Source: an uncultured Acidobacteriota bacterium (GTDB lineage: Bacteria; Acidobacteriota; Blastocatellia; RBC074). From it: a stretch of 64,000 bases of DNA. A program made the translations under genes and the position numbers. The notes under the pieces are model-generated. The model did not search any database. It was not told the origin of the DNA and saw only the letters and a list, made by a program, of their open reading frames with translations. Shown in pieces: positions 10,596 to 20,882 of the stretch. The stretch covers positions 1,504,001 through 1,568,000 of the forward strand of contig CAWCKY010000004.1 in the NCBI GenBank assembly GCA_963796275.1, read 5' to 3'. Positions within the stretch are counted from its first letter, which is position 1. Every line of letters starts with the position of its first letter.

Positions 10596-13500
10596 ATCTT
10601 GCTCTACAACCAGCAACACCTTCCGATCACGCCTAAAGCATTTGAGATTTTGATGGCCCTGGTCGAAGGCGGCGGGCAAATACTCAAGAAAGAAGATTTG
10701 ATGCAGAGGGTTTGGCCCGACGTTTTTGTCGAGGAGATCAATCTGGTCAAGAACATCTCTGATCTGCGCAAGACATTGGGCGGCATGGATGGGGGGCAGG
10801 AGTACATTCAGACGATCCCCAAACGCGGCTATCGCTTCATCGTTCATGTCAAACCGTCGTGGGAAGAAGTTGGCGTGATAGAAAACTCCAGCGGCGCATT
10901 TATCGACAATGAGATGGAGCTTGCCAGCGGCGCAGTGGGAGGTGGCGAGTTGATCGGGCGTGAAACCGAATTGACCCGGTTGCAAAACTGGTTGGAAATG
11001 GCGCTGCGCGGCAAGCGGCAGGTGGTCTTCATCACGGGAGAGCCGGGCATCGGCAAGACCACCCTGGTTAAAGCGTTTCTCCAGCGCGTTACTGCCAATC
11101 GGCGCTTTGCGATCGCGTACGGACAATGTCTTTAGCAGTTTGGTACGGGTGAGGCCTACTTGCCGGTCTTTGAAGCGCTCAGCCGGCTGTGCAGTGAACC
11201 GGGACGCGAAAACTTGGTTGAGTTGCTCGCCGAACGAGCGCCGACCTGGCTCGCGCAGATGCCAACGCTCGTCAGCGTCGCCGAACGAGCGGCGCTACAC
11301 GAGGAGATTTTCGGCGCGACGCGTGAACGGATGCTGCGCGAGATGACCGAAACGATCGAAATACTGACTGCTGAAACCCCGCTCGTGCTGGTCCTGGAAG
11401 ACTTGCATTGGAGTGACGACTCGACATTGAGTCTCATCACCGCGCTGGCACAGCGAAGCGACCGGGCACGGTTCCTGCTGATTGGAACCTGGCGTCCGGT
11501 TGAAGTGAATCTAAGTGGGCATCCGCTCAAAGCTACCAAGCAGGAACTGCTGATCCATCGCCAGTGCGCAGAGTTGCAGCTCGGATTTCTGACTGAGGCG
11601 GCAGTGAGCGAATACCTCTTGATGCGTTTTCCGCAACATCGTTTCCCGGATGGTTTGGCGCATCTGATCTATCAACGGACTGACGGTAATCCGCTGTTTA
11701 TAGTCAATCTGGTAGATTACCTGGCGGCACAAGAAGTGATCATCGCTCGCGACGGACAGTGGGAATTGAAAGCCGCACTGACCGAGATCGAAATCGGGAT
11801 GCCGGAGAGTATTAAACAGATGATCGAGAGGCAAATCGATCGGTTGAGCCCGGATGAGCAGCGGTTGCTCGAAGCCGCCAGTGTGGACGGTATCGGTTTT
11901 TCTGCCTCATCTGTAGCTGCCGCACTCGATGTAGATGTAGTCCAGATTGAGGAAAAGTGCGATTTATTGGCGCGCCACGATCAATTCCTGTGCTCATCCG
12001 GGATCAGTCAATGGCCGGATAGGACAGAGACACCCGGCTACAATTTCACCCATGCACTCTATCACAGCATCTTCTACCAACATGTTTCCCCGGCTCGGCG
12101 AAGTCAGTTGCATTATCGTATCGGTGAGCATAAAGAGTTGGTTTATGGTTCGCGCGCGGGCGAGATCGCGGCAGAGTTGGCGATCCATTTCGAGCGGGGG
12201 CGCGATTATCGCCGGGCTGTTCAGTATCTGCGGCAGGCTGCCGAGAACGCTCTCCGCTCTTTTGCTAATCGTCAGGCGATTGACCATCTCACACTGGCGA
12301 TTGAATTACTGAACCGGATTCCCTCGACGGAACAACATGGTCCCCAGATGGAAATCCTGGAGATGATTGGCTTGGCCTCTCGCTCGATGAATGACATGCT
12401 GGGAGCCATTAAGACATATGAGGACATGGTCTTGTGCGCTCAGAAAGAAGGGCGGCTTGAGAGTAAGATCAGAGCCCTTCTCTGCTTGTGCAGCGGGCTT
12501 TACTGGACTGATCGCAGAAAGTGTTTAGAAGTTGTTGATCGAATCGGTGAACTCAGTCTTCAGCTTCAAGACGGGATACTTAAAACACATGCGCGCGGCC
12601 ATTGTGGGAGTTTGAATCTCCTTTTGCGGGGCTGGCATGACGACGACTTCTTGGCGGTGGCTGCTTCCGTTGAAGCGACCCGGGACACCGATGATCACAG
12701 GCTATTGGGGGAGTGTCTATCACTGTATTCATTCCATCAGGGCTGTCGGGGAGAGTACCGAGCAGCCTATCATTCGGCGGAAGAAGGATTACAAGTGACG
12801 CGAGAAGTCGGCGATGCTTTCCTCTTTATGTCATGTCAATATTCTCGTGCCCTGGCCGTATTGCATCTTGGCGAATGGGGGGAGATGCTGCGGTTTGTCA
12901 GAGATGGGATGGAAATGGCGGGGAAGAATCTTAATCAGGTATGGACAATGGCTCTTCAACTCCTACTGGCCTGGTTACATGAAATGGCAACTAACTTCGA
13001 GCGGTCGCGTGAGCTCTTCGAATCGGTCTATGGACGGACACAAGCAGGCGAGGTCAACCATATTATAGCTACTATCGGGTTAGGGCACGCCTATTTGGGT
13101 CTCAAGCAATACGATCGTGCCTTCGGCTGCTTCAGTGAAATCACCCAGTGGCTTGAAGACGGGCACATGACTCATGAATTGGACTAACTATGTAATTCTG
13201 CATCATGGTCTGAGCCGATATTGGCTTGGGCAGGGAAATTTTGCAGAGGCACGCTACCAAGCTCAGCAAATGCATCACCTCGCCTCACAGCCAGGCGAGG
13301 TTACTTACATGGCGCTTGGAAGGCGGATATTAGCCGAGATCGCAATGGCAGAGCAGGACTATGAACAGGCTGAAGCGGAAGTCACACAGGCATTCGATGT
13401 TATTAACCGAGCCGAAGCACCGTTAGCCGAGTGGCGGGTGTGGCAAACAGCGGCACGGCTCCACTCAGCCAGAGGGGAGCACGCCGAGGCGGCGCGTAAC

Positions 13501-13614
13501 TGGGAATGCAGCCTGACAATACTCAATCGGCTGGCTGACTCACTTGGTGAGGACGAACCGCTGTATCAACATCTAGTTGAGCGTTTGCGAAAACAGGTGG
13601 TCTACCCGCTTTGA
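10533..13614 (+). CDS. OmpR-type winged-helix + AAA/STAND ATPase + TPR transcriptional regulator; in-frame TAG at 11133-11135 and frameshift near 13175
   Basis: Trans_reg_C motifs TPKAFEIL..WPD.FVEE..IQTIPKRGYRF; Walker A GEPGIGKT; LVLEDLHW; TDGNPLF; C-terminal helical repeats. Confidence 0.85.
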
Positions 13615-13685
13615 GTTGTTTTGCTTGGTGGATGTTTACCAACCGCATAAAAGCTAACTCTCCCCTTCTCTCCCTCGCAACACTC

Positions 13686-14464
13686 TCACTCATGCCGTCT
13701 TGTTACCTCACTTACTGCTGTTGAGTTCTTTGAGGCGCGCTGCCAGGCGCCCGATTCGTGACAACTCAGGCAGGTTATGCGGGTATTCTCGGCGGCCTTG
13801 GGATCCTTCTTCCATTTCCTGGCGACAGATTCATAGGCAGTGTTGCTTAGCGTGGCGATTATCTTGTCGAGGTGTTGGGTCGACTCTTCCGTGCGCCCGG
13901 TCCGCATAGCGGAGGCGGCGAGCCCGCCGAGAAGCTCGCCGCGAAGATGCAGTGGAAGCTGGTTGACAACGGGAGCCTGCTGTTTCCAGAGCGCCTGGTA
14001 AGAGTCATAGGCTTGCGACCAGGCGGCGGCGCGATGTTCCTTCGGCAGCCGGTCACCGAAGGTCACGTAAGTGGCTCCGGCAATCGCGGAAGCCTCGCCA
14101 TCTTTCGAGCCGATCAGTTGGGCTTGAGCGAATAGATCGAGCGCCTCTCGGTATTTCTGCTGAAACTCATCGTTGCGATTATTTTCGTGGGCGATCACAG
14201 CGCGGTAAAGTGTTGCGCTGGCTTTCCAGGCCAAAAGTGAGGATTTTGCGGCGGGACGTTTTTCGAGCAGCGTCTGAATATTCTTTTCTCCCCTTCTAAA
14301 ACGCTCCATGTCATTGGCCAGGAAGCCAGCAAAGAGATCTCTCGCACGAGAGTATGGACAGTGATTCGAGTGTCCGAGAGTGGCGGTTCCGGAGATTGAG
14401 CCATTGCCACGGTGACACATAACACCGAAAGAAAAGTCTTGCTGATTCGATACATGGTCTGCAC
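13686..14464 (-). CDS. Secreted helical protein with C-terminal CXXCH (possible c-type heme), frameshifted near 14340
   Basis: Signal peptide in ORF 14195..14464 joins ORF 13686..14420 ending ITCLSCHE. Confidence 0.6.
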
Positions 14465-14466
14465 CT

Positions 14467-14670
14467 CATCAATTAAGCACTGTTATCTTTTAAACCGGAT
14501 GTCCCGGCAGTAGCACGGCAGAACAAAGAATACTATGAGCTCCCTCTGCACGTCCTCGGGAGTTCTGGGAAAAACCTGGGAAAACTTTGGGAGGAATCGA
14601 CCTTCATGCGGCCGTCCGCAACCAGATTCATCTATCACCTTGGCCCTTTCCTGCTGGACACAGCTGAACC
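14467..14670 (+). repeat. Degenerate duplicate of regulator promoter plus first ~20 codons
   Basis: CATCAATTAA..CTGTTATCTTT..CGGCAGTAGC..CAGAACAAAGAATACT..CTGGGAAA repeats..ATGC shared with 10394-10595. Confidence 0.85.
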
Positions 14671-14754
14671 TGGACTCCCCAGTATCAGTTGACCTGCCGT
14701 GTTCTCCCCGCCCGAATCAGAGCGCCCAACTCGGGTTTAATAATCCTTTTCTCC

Positions 14755-14887
14755 GGCTGTCGGAATATCCGACACGAATGCGTCGGATTATTCGACATGG
14801 AGGTCACGGACAAACGAAAGTTGTGTTGAACGAAGCTATTATGTGAAGAGAACAAGACTGCCGGACAACCGACGCTACAATATCTAG
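14755..14887 (+). repeat. Right copy of ~135-bp direct repeat, candidate recombination site
   Basis: Perfect palindrome TGTCGGA-ATA-TCCGACA, two degenerate ones, and core GTTGTGTTGAA-CGAAGCTA-TTATGTGAAGA. Confidence 0.85.
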
Positions 14888-15168
14888 TACAAAAGGGCTG
14901 TCATGATCACAACTAATCGCATCTGTCTCTGTCCAATTCATTTCTCTCTTACACATGGCTCCCACGCGAAGAGTGATCGCCGTTTGTCAGTATCCTGAAT
15001 ATACGGAGAAATTCTCTATACACTTTTCTGCGCAAACTTACGAATTTGAATGCATTCCTGCGTTTTTATTCCAACAGTAATCGATCGACCGCAATCGGAA
15101 TGGCACATAGCTTGTTTAGAGGTTCAGTCAGGTATTCGCATTATTTCTAGCGAAGGGAGTCTTACACG

Positions 15169-15408
15169 ATGAACGAGGCTGGCGTGCAAATAAGGGATTA
15201 CATGAGAAACTTCGTCGCCAATCATGTGGATATTAGCGAAGGCAAGGTGGCGCTCAAAGTTTCGGCGAGAGAGGTAGAGATACTCGGAGAGTCACTGGTG
15301 AAGGAATTGATCGGCTGGGCGATGGAACCCACAAGTTCCCCGTGGCCTGAATATGGTAGCTACAACACCGATTTCCTAGCCGGCCTCGGCACACCAGCAA
15401 CTGGATAG
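15169..15408 (+). CDS. Small hypothetical protein heading the right-hand transfer operon
   Basis: RBS AAGGGAG, 79 aa, co-oriented with the virB8-10-like genes. Confidence 0.45.
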   Translation: MNEAGVQIRDYMRNFVANHVDISEGKVALKVSAREVEILGESLVKELIGWAMEPTSSPWPEYGSYNTDFLAGLGTPATG

Positions 15409-15421
15409 ATGTGAAGACGAC

Positions 15422-15655
15422 GTGGTGGTCAAATTCACATCCCGGGATGTGCTGGCGCTGGGCCAGTTATTCATCCTGGGAGTACTCAGATGGGTGCAGA
15501 GCATACAAATAGCGCGGCGACGCGCTGACCGACTACGTGAAGCCATCCTCGCGAAACAGGCGGAGTTTAAGGCTGAATTTGAAGAAGACGATAAAAACGA
15601 CAGCGCTAAAGACCTGTTTAACCAAAGCACAAAGTGGAAGGTTCGATATGAATGA
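15422..15655 (+). CDS. Small membrane-anchored hypothetical protein
   Basis: One hydrophobic segment; stop overlaps the next ATG. Confidence 0.45.
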   Translation: MVVKFTSRDVLALGQLFILGVLRWVQSIQIARRRADRLREAILAKQAEFKAEFEEDDKNDSAKDLFNQSTKWKVRYE

Positions 15656-16437
15656 TGTTCAAACCATAGAACTTCATCCAGGCCGTGACGTGATCGCCGG
15701 CGAGACAGGCAGGGCCGAATCGGGTCACATCGAGGAACGCGATGCGGCCACCACACAATCGTCTCTTCATACCTTATACCGACGATCCCGCAGATGTCAG
15801 AACCATACTGAGCATGGCCGCGACGGGAACGCTGCTGGCGCTTCTGCTGCTCGCGAGCGTCGCGCTCAACATCTGGCAATACTGGCGGCGGCCTGATCGG
15901 ATCGTCGTGGATCGTTCCTCGGGCAGAGTGCTGCAGATCAACGACCGTGAATACGGCGAGACGGAAGCGGTCAGACTGGGTCCTGACAGTCTCACCAACG
16001 CTGATAAGCAGTACATTGCAGGGGAATTCGTCAAGGCGATCTATCAGGTCGATCCTGCAACACGCCCCCGCGACATAGAAAGGGCGCTCCGAATGATGTC
16101 CCCCAACAGCGCCCTTCTATTCGCCCGCTACCTCAAGCAAACAGGCATTCTCGACAAACAACGGGCCGAATCCTGGCAGGCGGTCTGGACGCCGCAGGAC
16201 ACCTCGGTCGACGGGGCGGTATCCCTACACGGTGCGCGTAATCGGCAAGCAGGAGATTACAAAAGTCATTTCCGGCGCCCCTAACAGGAAGCGCGCCAAT
16301 TGCACCTGACGCTAAAGCTCGCCGCCGATCCGCAAAGGCGGGCCGACCGCAACCTACGCTCAGGGTTTCTCGTCTCATCATTCGACTACCGGGAGCTCGG
16401 AACGCCGGAATCATCGGAGGTGGAGGCGCCTCGATAG
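15648..16437 (+). CDS. VirB8/TrbF/TraK-like protein (frameshifted at ~15740, ~16215, ~16290)
   Basis: Single TM then IVVDRSSG; C-terminal RRADRNLRSGFLVSSFDY resembles the VirB8/TrbF NPxGFxV motif. Confidence 0.7.
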
Positions 16438-16458
16438 GCTGCGAGCAAGGAGAAGATC

Positions 16459-17698
16459 ATGTCCAAACACAGGCACGGCACTATTACTCTGGCTGTGATC
16501 GCTATCGCCCTCTTCACCAGCTCTGCGAAGGGGCAGGTAAATTCAAGCCGCGACAGAACGGTGGAAACCAGGAAAGAGAGCACGCAAGCGCCACAGCAAG
16601 GATCGAGGGAGTGAGAGCGGCGCAAGTGTTCCCTCCCCGGTCGTGCTTGCCAATCCGCCCTCGGCCGATTTCCTAAGTGGTGAGGCGAACGTGGCGGTGA
16701 GCGGCAATCAGAATCCGGTCATCAGGCTCGGGCTTTCTCCCAACGGCGTGACGATGATCGAATTCCCTGTCGCTGACCGTTTTTTCGCCCTCCATCCCGG
16801 CAACAGCGACCTGGTGACCATCGACGAATCTCCCACCAAGGGAACCGATCATTTTCTGGTCGTGCGGGCAGGCAGCGGCTTCTCTTCTCCCGTGAATATG
16901 GCTAATGCGCGCCGCGCTCCAGTCACATCGATCATCGTTCAGATGCAATCGGGACTGGTCATGACCTTTCTCTTCTACCCGGTGCAGCAACTCTCTGAGC
17001 AGGCGCATCGCGTGGTGATCGCTTATGACCGGGAAGAAGTGATCGCGGCGCGGCGAGCCGCAGGACTGGCCGTCAACCTCGATGGCGCGGAAGCAGGGAG
17101 ACCGCGTACCACATCGTTGCGCATATCTTCTCCGCCGCCACCTGCGCCGGATGAATCGGCGCCCGATCTCGCTCGAACACCGCCCACGCCAAAACTGGTG
17201 GCTGACACTGCCGAAATCGACACAACACAGCCCCCGATAAAAAGCGATCACAAAAGCAATGATCCGGCACGACTCGCCAGTCTGGCTCTCACCGAAGCGA
17301 CCAGATCGCCGCGAAGCTTCAAGAAATGGAGCGACTCGGTGCATGGGCTATCGCTCTCCGTCACTCCCGTACAGGAAGCAGGCAAGAATTCTCAGCTGGT
17401 CGTCATCGCGGCCCGCAATACGAAGAAAATGGATGCGCGCATCGTGGCCGGACAGCCTGATATCTATCTGGAAACGCACGACGGCAAGGGCAGACCGCTT
17501 CAAATTGAGCCGGTCAGAAAACTCGCGATGGAAACCACGGCGACCGATGGAGTAATTCCCGGCGGCGAGACCAGATACTACGCGCTCGTATACGAGGCTA
17601 AGATTATGGGCGCACGGCAGCAATTGCGTGCCGCTCTCGGTCAGACGACATCGGCCGATGAACCGGCGACCGCGATCCTGACCTCGTCCAAACGTTGA
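16459..17698 (+). CDS. VirB9/TrbG/TraN-like outer-membrane core protein (frameshift ~16620)
   Basis: Signal peptide from 16459; VIRLGLSPNGVTMIEFP beta domain, Pro-rich linker, second beta domain; lies between B8- and B10-like genes. Confidence 0.65.
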
Positions 17699-19122
17699 AG
17701 GAATCACAGATGAATCCATCCGGAGATGGCTGGAAACAGAATATCGCAGTGGGCGTCGCGGAGCGCGATACCGGCGACACGAACGAGGAGCCGGCCACAT
17801 TTATCTCTCTCGATGATGACGAAGACGACAATACGGAATCTCCGGCTGATCAATCGGGGCGACGCGCAGCCAGCAGGCGCAAGCGGATCGCAGGGGCAGT
17901 GTGTTTTCTACTCATCTTAATCGTCGCGGGTGCAGGTCTATGGATGATGGTGGGCGGCGGCGGTAAGACGAAAATCAATGTACCAGTGCGTGATAACGCC
18001 CAGAGAACCGATCAGGTGGCGCGCGAGAATGCTGACGAGACGGCGCAGGCTATCGCCGAGGTCCGCAGCGCTACAGCTTCACCGACGCCAACCGCGAGCG
18101 CGTCTCCTGTGACAGAGGCGCCAGAAGCGACAGGTGGAACGAGAACGATCATTATGCCGACCACGCCAGTCACGGTACCCATTGAGGGAACCGGCTCCGT
18201 CGTTTCACCTCCCTCGACGGAAGCGGACCCGAGGGAACAAGGCGGCTCATCTCGACCACAGGCAGGCGCGGCGGCGAAACCAATAGGAATTGATTCGGAA
18301 CGCAATCCCGAGCGCTCGATCCGTTGCGCTCCCACACCCTTGCCTGTCTCCGCGCACAAGGCCTTCACCAGCGCTCCCGCGAACGCCAAGCCGTCTGAGG
18401 ACGCTGTGTCCGTGATTCTCAAGCAACCCGAGCCTCGTACTCGTGTCGTGTTACCTCCATTCGGCGCAATGTTGCCTATCAGGACGACGGGTGCTCTCTA
18501 CACTTTGCGCCCTGGCCTCGCTCGCTTCGAACTCACGCGTGATGTGCGCGGGCAGGGTTGGCATCTGCGAAAGGGCACGATGGTCATTGGCCAACAGCAG
18601 GGCAGCGAATATGACCGGGCATATATCTCGCTTATGGGCTTCATCGACCCCGAATCCAAACGGTTCGTGAAGGCGCCGGGAGAAGTGTTGGGCGCGGACG
18701 GCGCGCCGGGATTGCAGGGCAAGCGAAGACAGGTCAGCAGCCGGTGGGGGCGCGTTCTGGGGCGCGTGGCGACCAGCGCTGTCTCCCTGGGGCAGGCGGC
18801 GCTGGCGCGCGGAAACTCGACGACCGTCGTTCTGCCCGGTGCGGTCGCGCCTGAATTGATTCCGAGCGTGGCCAGCCGCCGTGAATTTGTCGAAGTGCCT
18901 GCCGGCACACCCGCGTTCGTGATGATCACAGATCTGCCGAAAGAGGCGCAGGCAGTAGACGCCGAGCCGCTCGTTGAAGGAATCGAAGAGCCGCTCACGG
19001 ATGAAGAATTGGCCGAGCTGCTCTCATCGGATTCGCCGGAGAAGATTCGCGCCGCAATGCCACGTATGACCCCAGAACTGCGGCGTATTGCCGACGCCGT
19101 GTTGAAAGAGCAGAACAGATGA
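17695..19122 (+). CDS. VirB10/TrbI/TraM-like core protein
   Basis: Acidic N-terminus, one TM, long Pro/Thr-rich stalk, C-terminal beta domain (LPPFGAMLPIR..GADGAPGLQG..VEVPAGTPAFV). Confidence 0.75.
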   Translation: MKESQMNPSGDGWKQNIAVGVAERDTGDTNEEPATFISLDDDEDDNTESPADQSGRRAASRRKRIAGAVCFLLILIVAGAGLWMMVGGGGKTKINVPVRDNAQRTDQVARENADETAQAIAEVRSATASPTPTASASPVTEAPEATGGTRTIIMPTTPVTVPIEGTGSVVSPPSTEADPREQGGSSRPQAGAAAKPIGIDSERNPERSIRCAPTPLPVSAHKAFTSAPANAKPSEDAVSVILKQPEPRTRVVLPPFGAMLPIRTTGALYTLRPGLARFELTRDVRGQGWHLRKGTMVIGQQQGSEYDRAYISLMGFIDPESKRFVKAPGEVLGADGAPGLQGKRRQVSSRWGRVLGRVATSAVSLGQAALARGNSTTVVLPGAVAPELIPSVASRREFVEVPAGTPAFVMITDLPKEAQAVDAEPLVEGIEEPLTDEELAELLSSDSPEKIRAAMPRMTPELRRIADAVLKEQNR

Positions 19123-19180
19123 CTGACATAGTCATTCTTTTTTGTAAGACCATTACACAGGTCAGAGGATTACTACAGCA

Positions 19181-20210
19181 ATGATACAAAGAAACCTTAA
19201 TAAACCTGCCATAGATCCACGCGAGGTACTCGAGCAGGAGGGCGTCGATGCGCTCGCGGAGTCGCTCGCCGGCGTAGGCTACATCATCCAGCGACGCGCC
19301 CTCATCGATCTTGCACACGCGCTACGCAGTCGCAAGCCGCTGCTCATCGAAGGACCGCGAGGCGGTGGCAAGACGGCGCTGGCTGAGAGTCTGGCGTTAG
19401 CATGCAATCTGACGAGTTTCTATCTGCAAGGCATGGACGATCTGACTATCGCCGACGTGCTCTATTCGTGGGATCGCGAAGCGCAGACGCAGATGGTCAG
19501 ACAGGAACTTGCCGCCGGCACACCGCTTTGGGAGGCGCAGACAAAACAGTTTACACGCGAATATCTGATCCTGGGCGAAGCACTTGCGGCCTTCGATTAC
19601 GCGGACACGTACTTCGATCCACCAGTATTCATACTCGACGAGGCCGACAAGCTCACCGAGAAGATCGAGGACATGCTGCTGCAACTGCTCGGACGCGGCT
19701 GCGCCCACGTGCCGCGCTTCGGGAACATCGGCGTTCGTGACCGATCGAGATGGCCGATAGTCATCCTGCTCTCGAACGACATCCGCCACGACCTCTCGTC
19801 TCCTTTGCGATCGAGATGTCTTTACACTTGGCTCGAGCCGCCGACGCCGCGCGAAGAGGTGCGAATTCTGCGCGCGCGCGTACCTGATGGCCTCGGCCTA
19901 TCTGGTGGGCGGCGTGACCCGGCTGATCAACTGCATCCGGCGCGATATGCCGGCTGTGCGCGATAAGCCAGGACTGCGCGAATCAATAGACCTGCTGGAA
20001 GCGCTGGTAAGAGACGGCGTCGGTAATCTCACGGCGGAAGTGATCGATCAATACCTGTGTTTTCTGGGCAAGCGGCACAAAGAGTTACTCAATCTGCGGC
20101 AAGGGCTTGCGAGGCTGGAGACGGCCGCGCGCCGGGTCGACTATGAGATCGATGAATGGGTGGAGTGGGCGTTTGCGAATGAGGCTAATGTGATGGAAGA
20201 AGCGGCATGA
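19181..20210 (+). CDS. MoxR-family AAA+ ATPase (frameshift ~19888)
   Basis: PLLIEGPRGGGKT, ILDEADK, LSN..DLSSPLRSRC, KPGLRESID. Confidence 0.85.
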
Positions 20211-20863
20211 AGGGCAGCGCCATGACTCATAAAACATTCAAAACATATCGTGCCACCATATTGATCGCCGGTCTGGCAGCCTCGCTCGTCATCGCGGTTT
20301 CTCATGATCGCAACTACTTCAGGCTGCGCGCAGTCGATCCCAGCGTGACGATGGAATTCGGTTAAGGATAGCGATCGGAAAACCAGCTTCCGCCAGACAA
20401 ATCATATCGCCACGACATTGACGGTGAGGTGGCGCGCACGGCTGATCGCATCGGCGAGGCAACGGCTCTGGCGCTTTCAGCCAGTCTCTACGCCAGCAAG
20501 CGAGCAAATCAAAGGACGCGCTCCGCGCGACGCGCCAGACCTGCTAGCCGGGATCGCGGCGAAGAATCTTCTGCCTCCCGGACTCTCATTCACACAAAAC
20601 GGCGGGCTCGTCTCCGCATACAGCGCTCTTTCAGTCCGCTATCGCCCAGCGCCACTCGGCATCGAGGTCGTCTCCATTGGCCACGAGATGAAGGCGGTCC
20701 CGCTTTAATTGTACGCATACCCGATGAGCTCTCGGACAAGGGCGAGGCCAAACTCTTCGTGGCCGGTTCACTGAGCAGCGTGAGAGTACCCGCGCCGTTC
20801 GCACCGACTGCCGAGGTGATCGCTCTCGGCTGGTCGCCCGAAAGCCTGCGTTCACTCAAATAA
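20207..20863 (+). CDS. Membrane-anchored pilin-like hypothetical protein (several frameshifts)
   Basis: N-terminal TM from MKGSAMTHKTF; pieces in ORFs 20418..20708 and 20429..20863; resembles the 22866 protein. Confidence 0.55.
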
Positions 20864-20882
20864 TTCCGGAACCGAGGTTGTA

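Noticed and set aside
11133-11135. In-frame TAG as possible pyrrolysine or stop-codon recoding
   Set aside because: Single case at a position where Glu (GAG) is expected; TAG ends many other genes here; no pyl genes
14991-14998. TATCCTG as oriT nic site
   Set aside because: Followed by A rather than a pyrimidine, no clear adjacent hairpin, and the 7-mer is expected several times by chance
19181-20210. VirB11 call based on position
   Set aside because: Motifs are MoxR/AAA+ type; no Asp or His boxes of traffic ATPases
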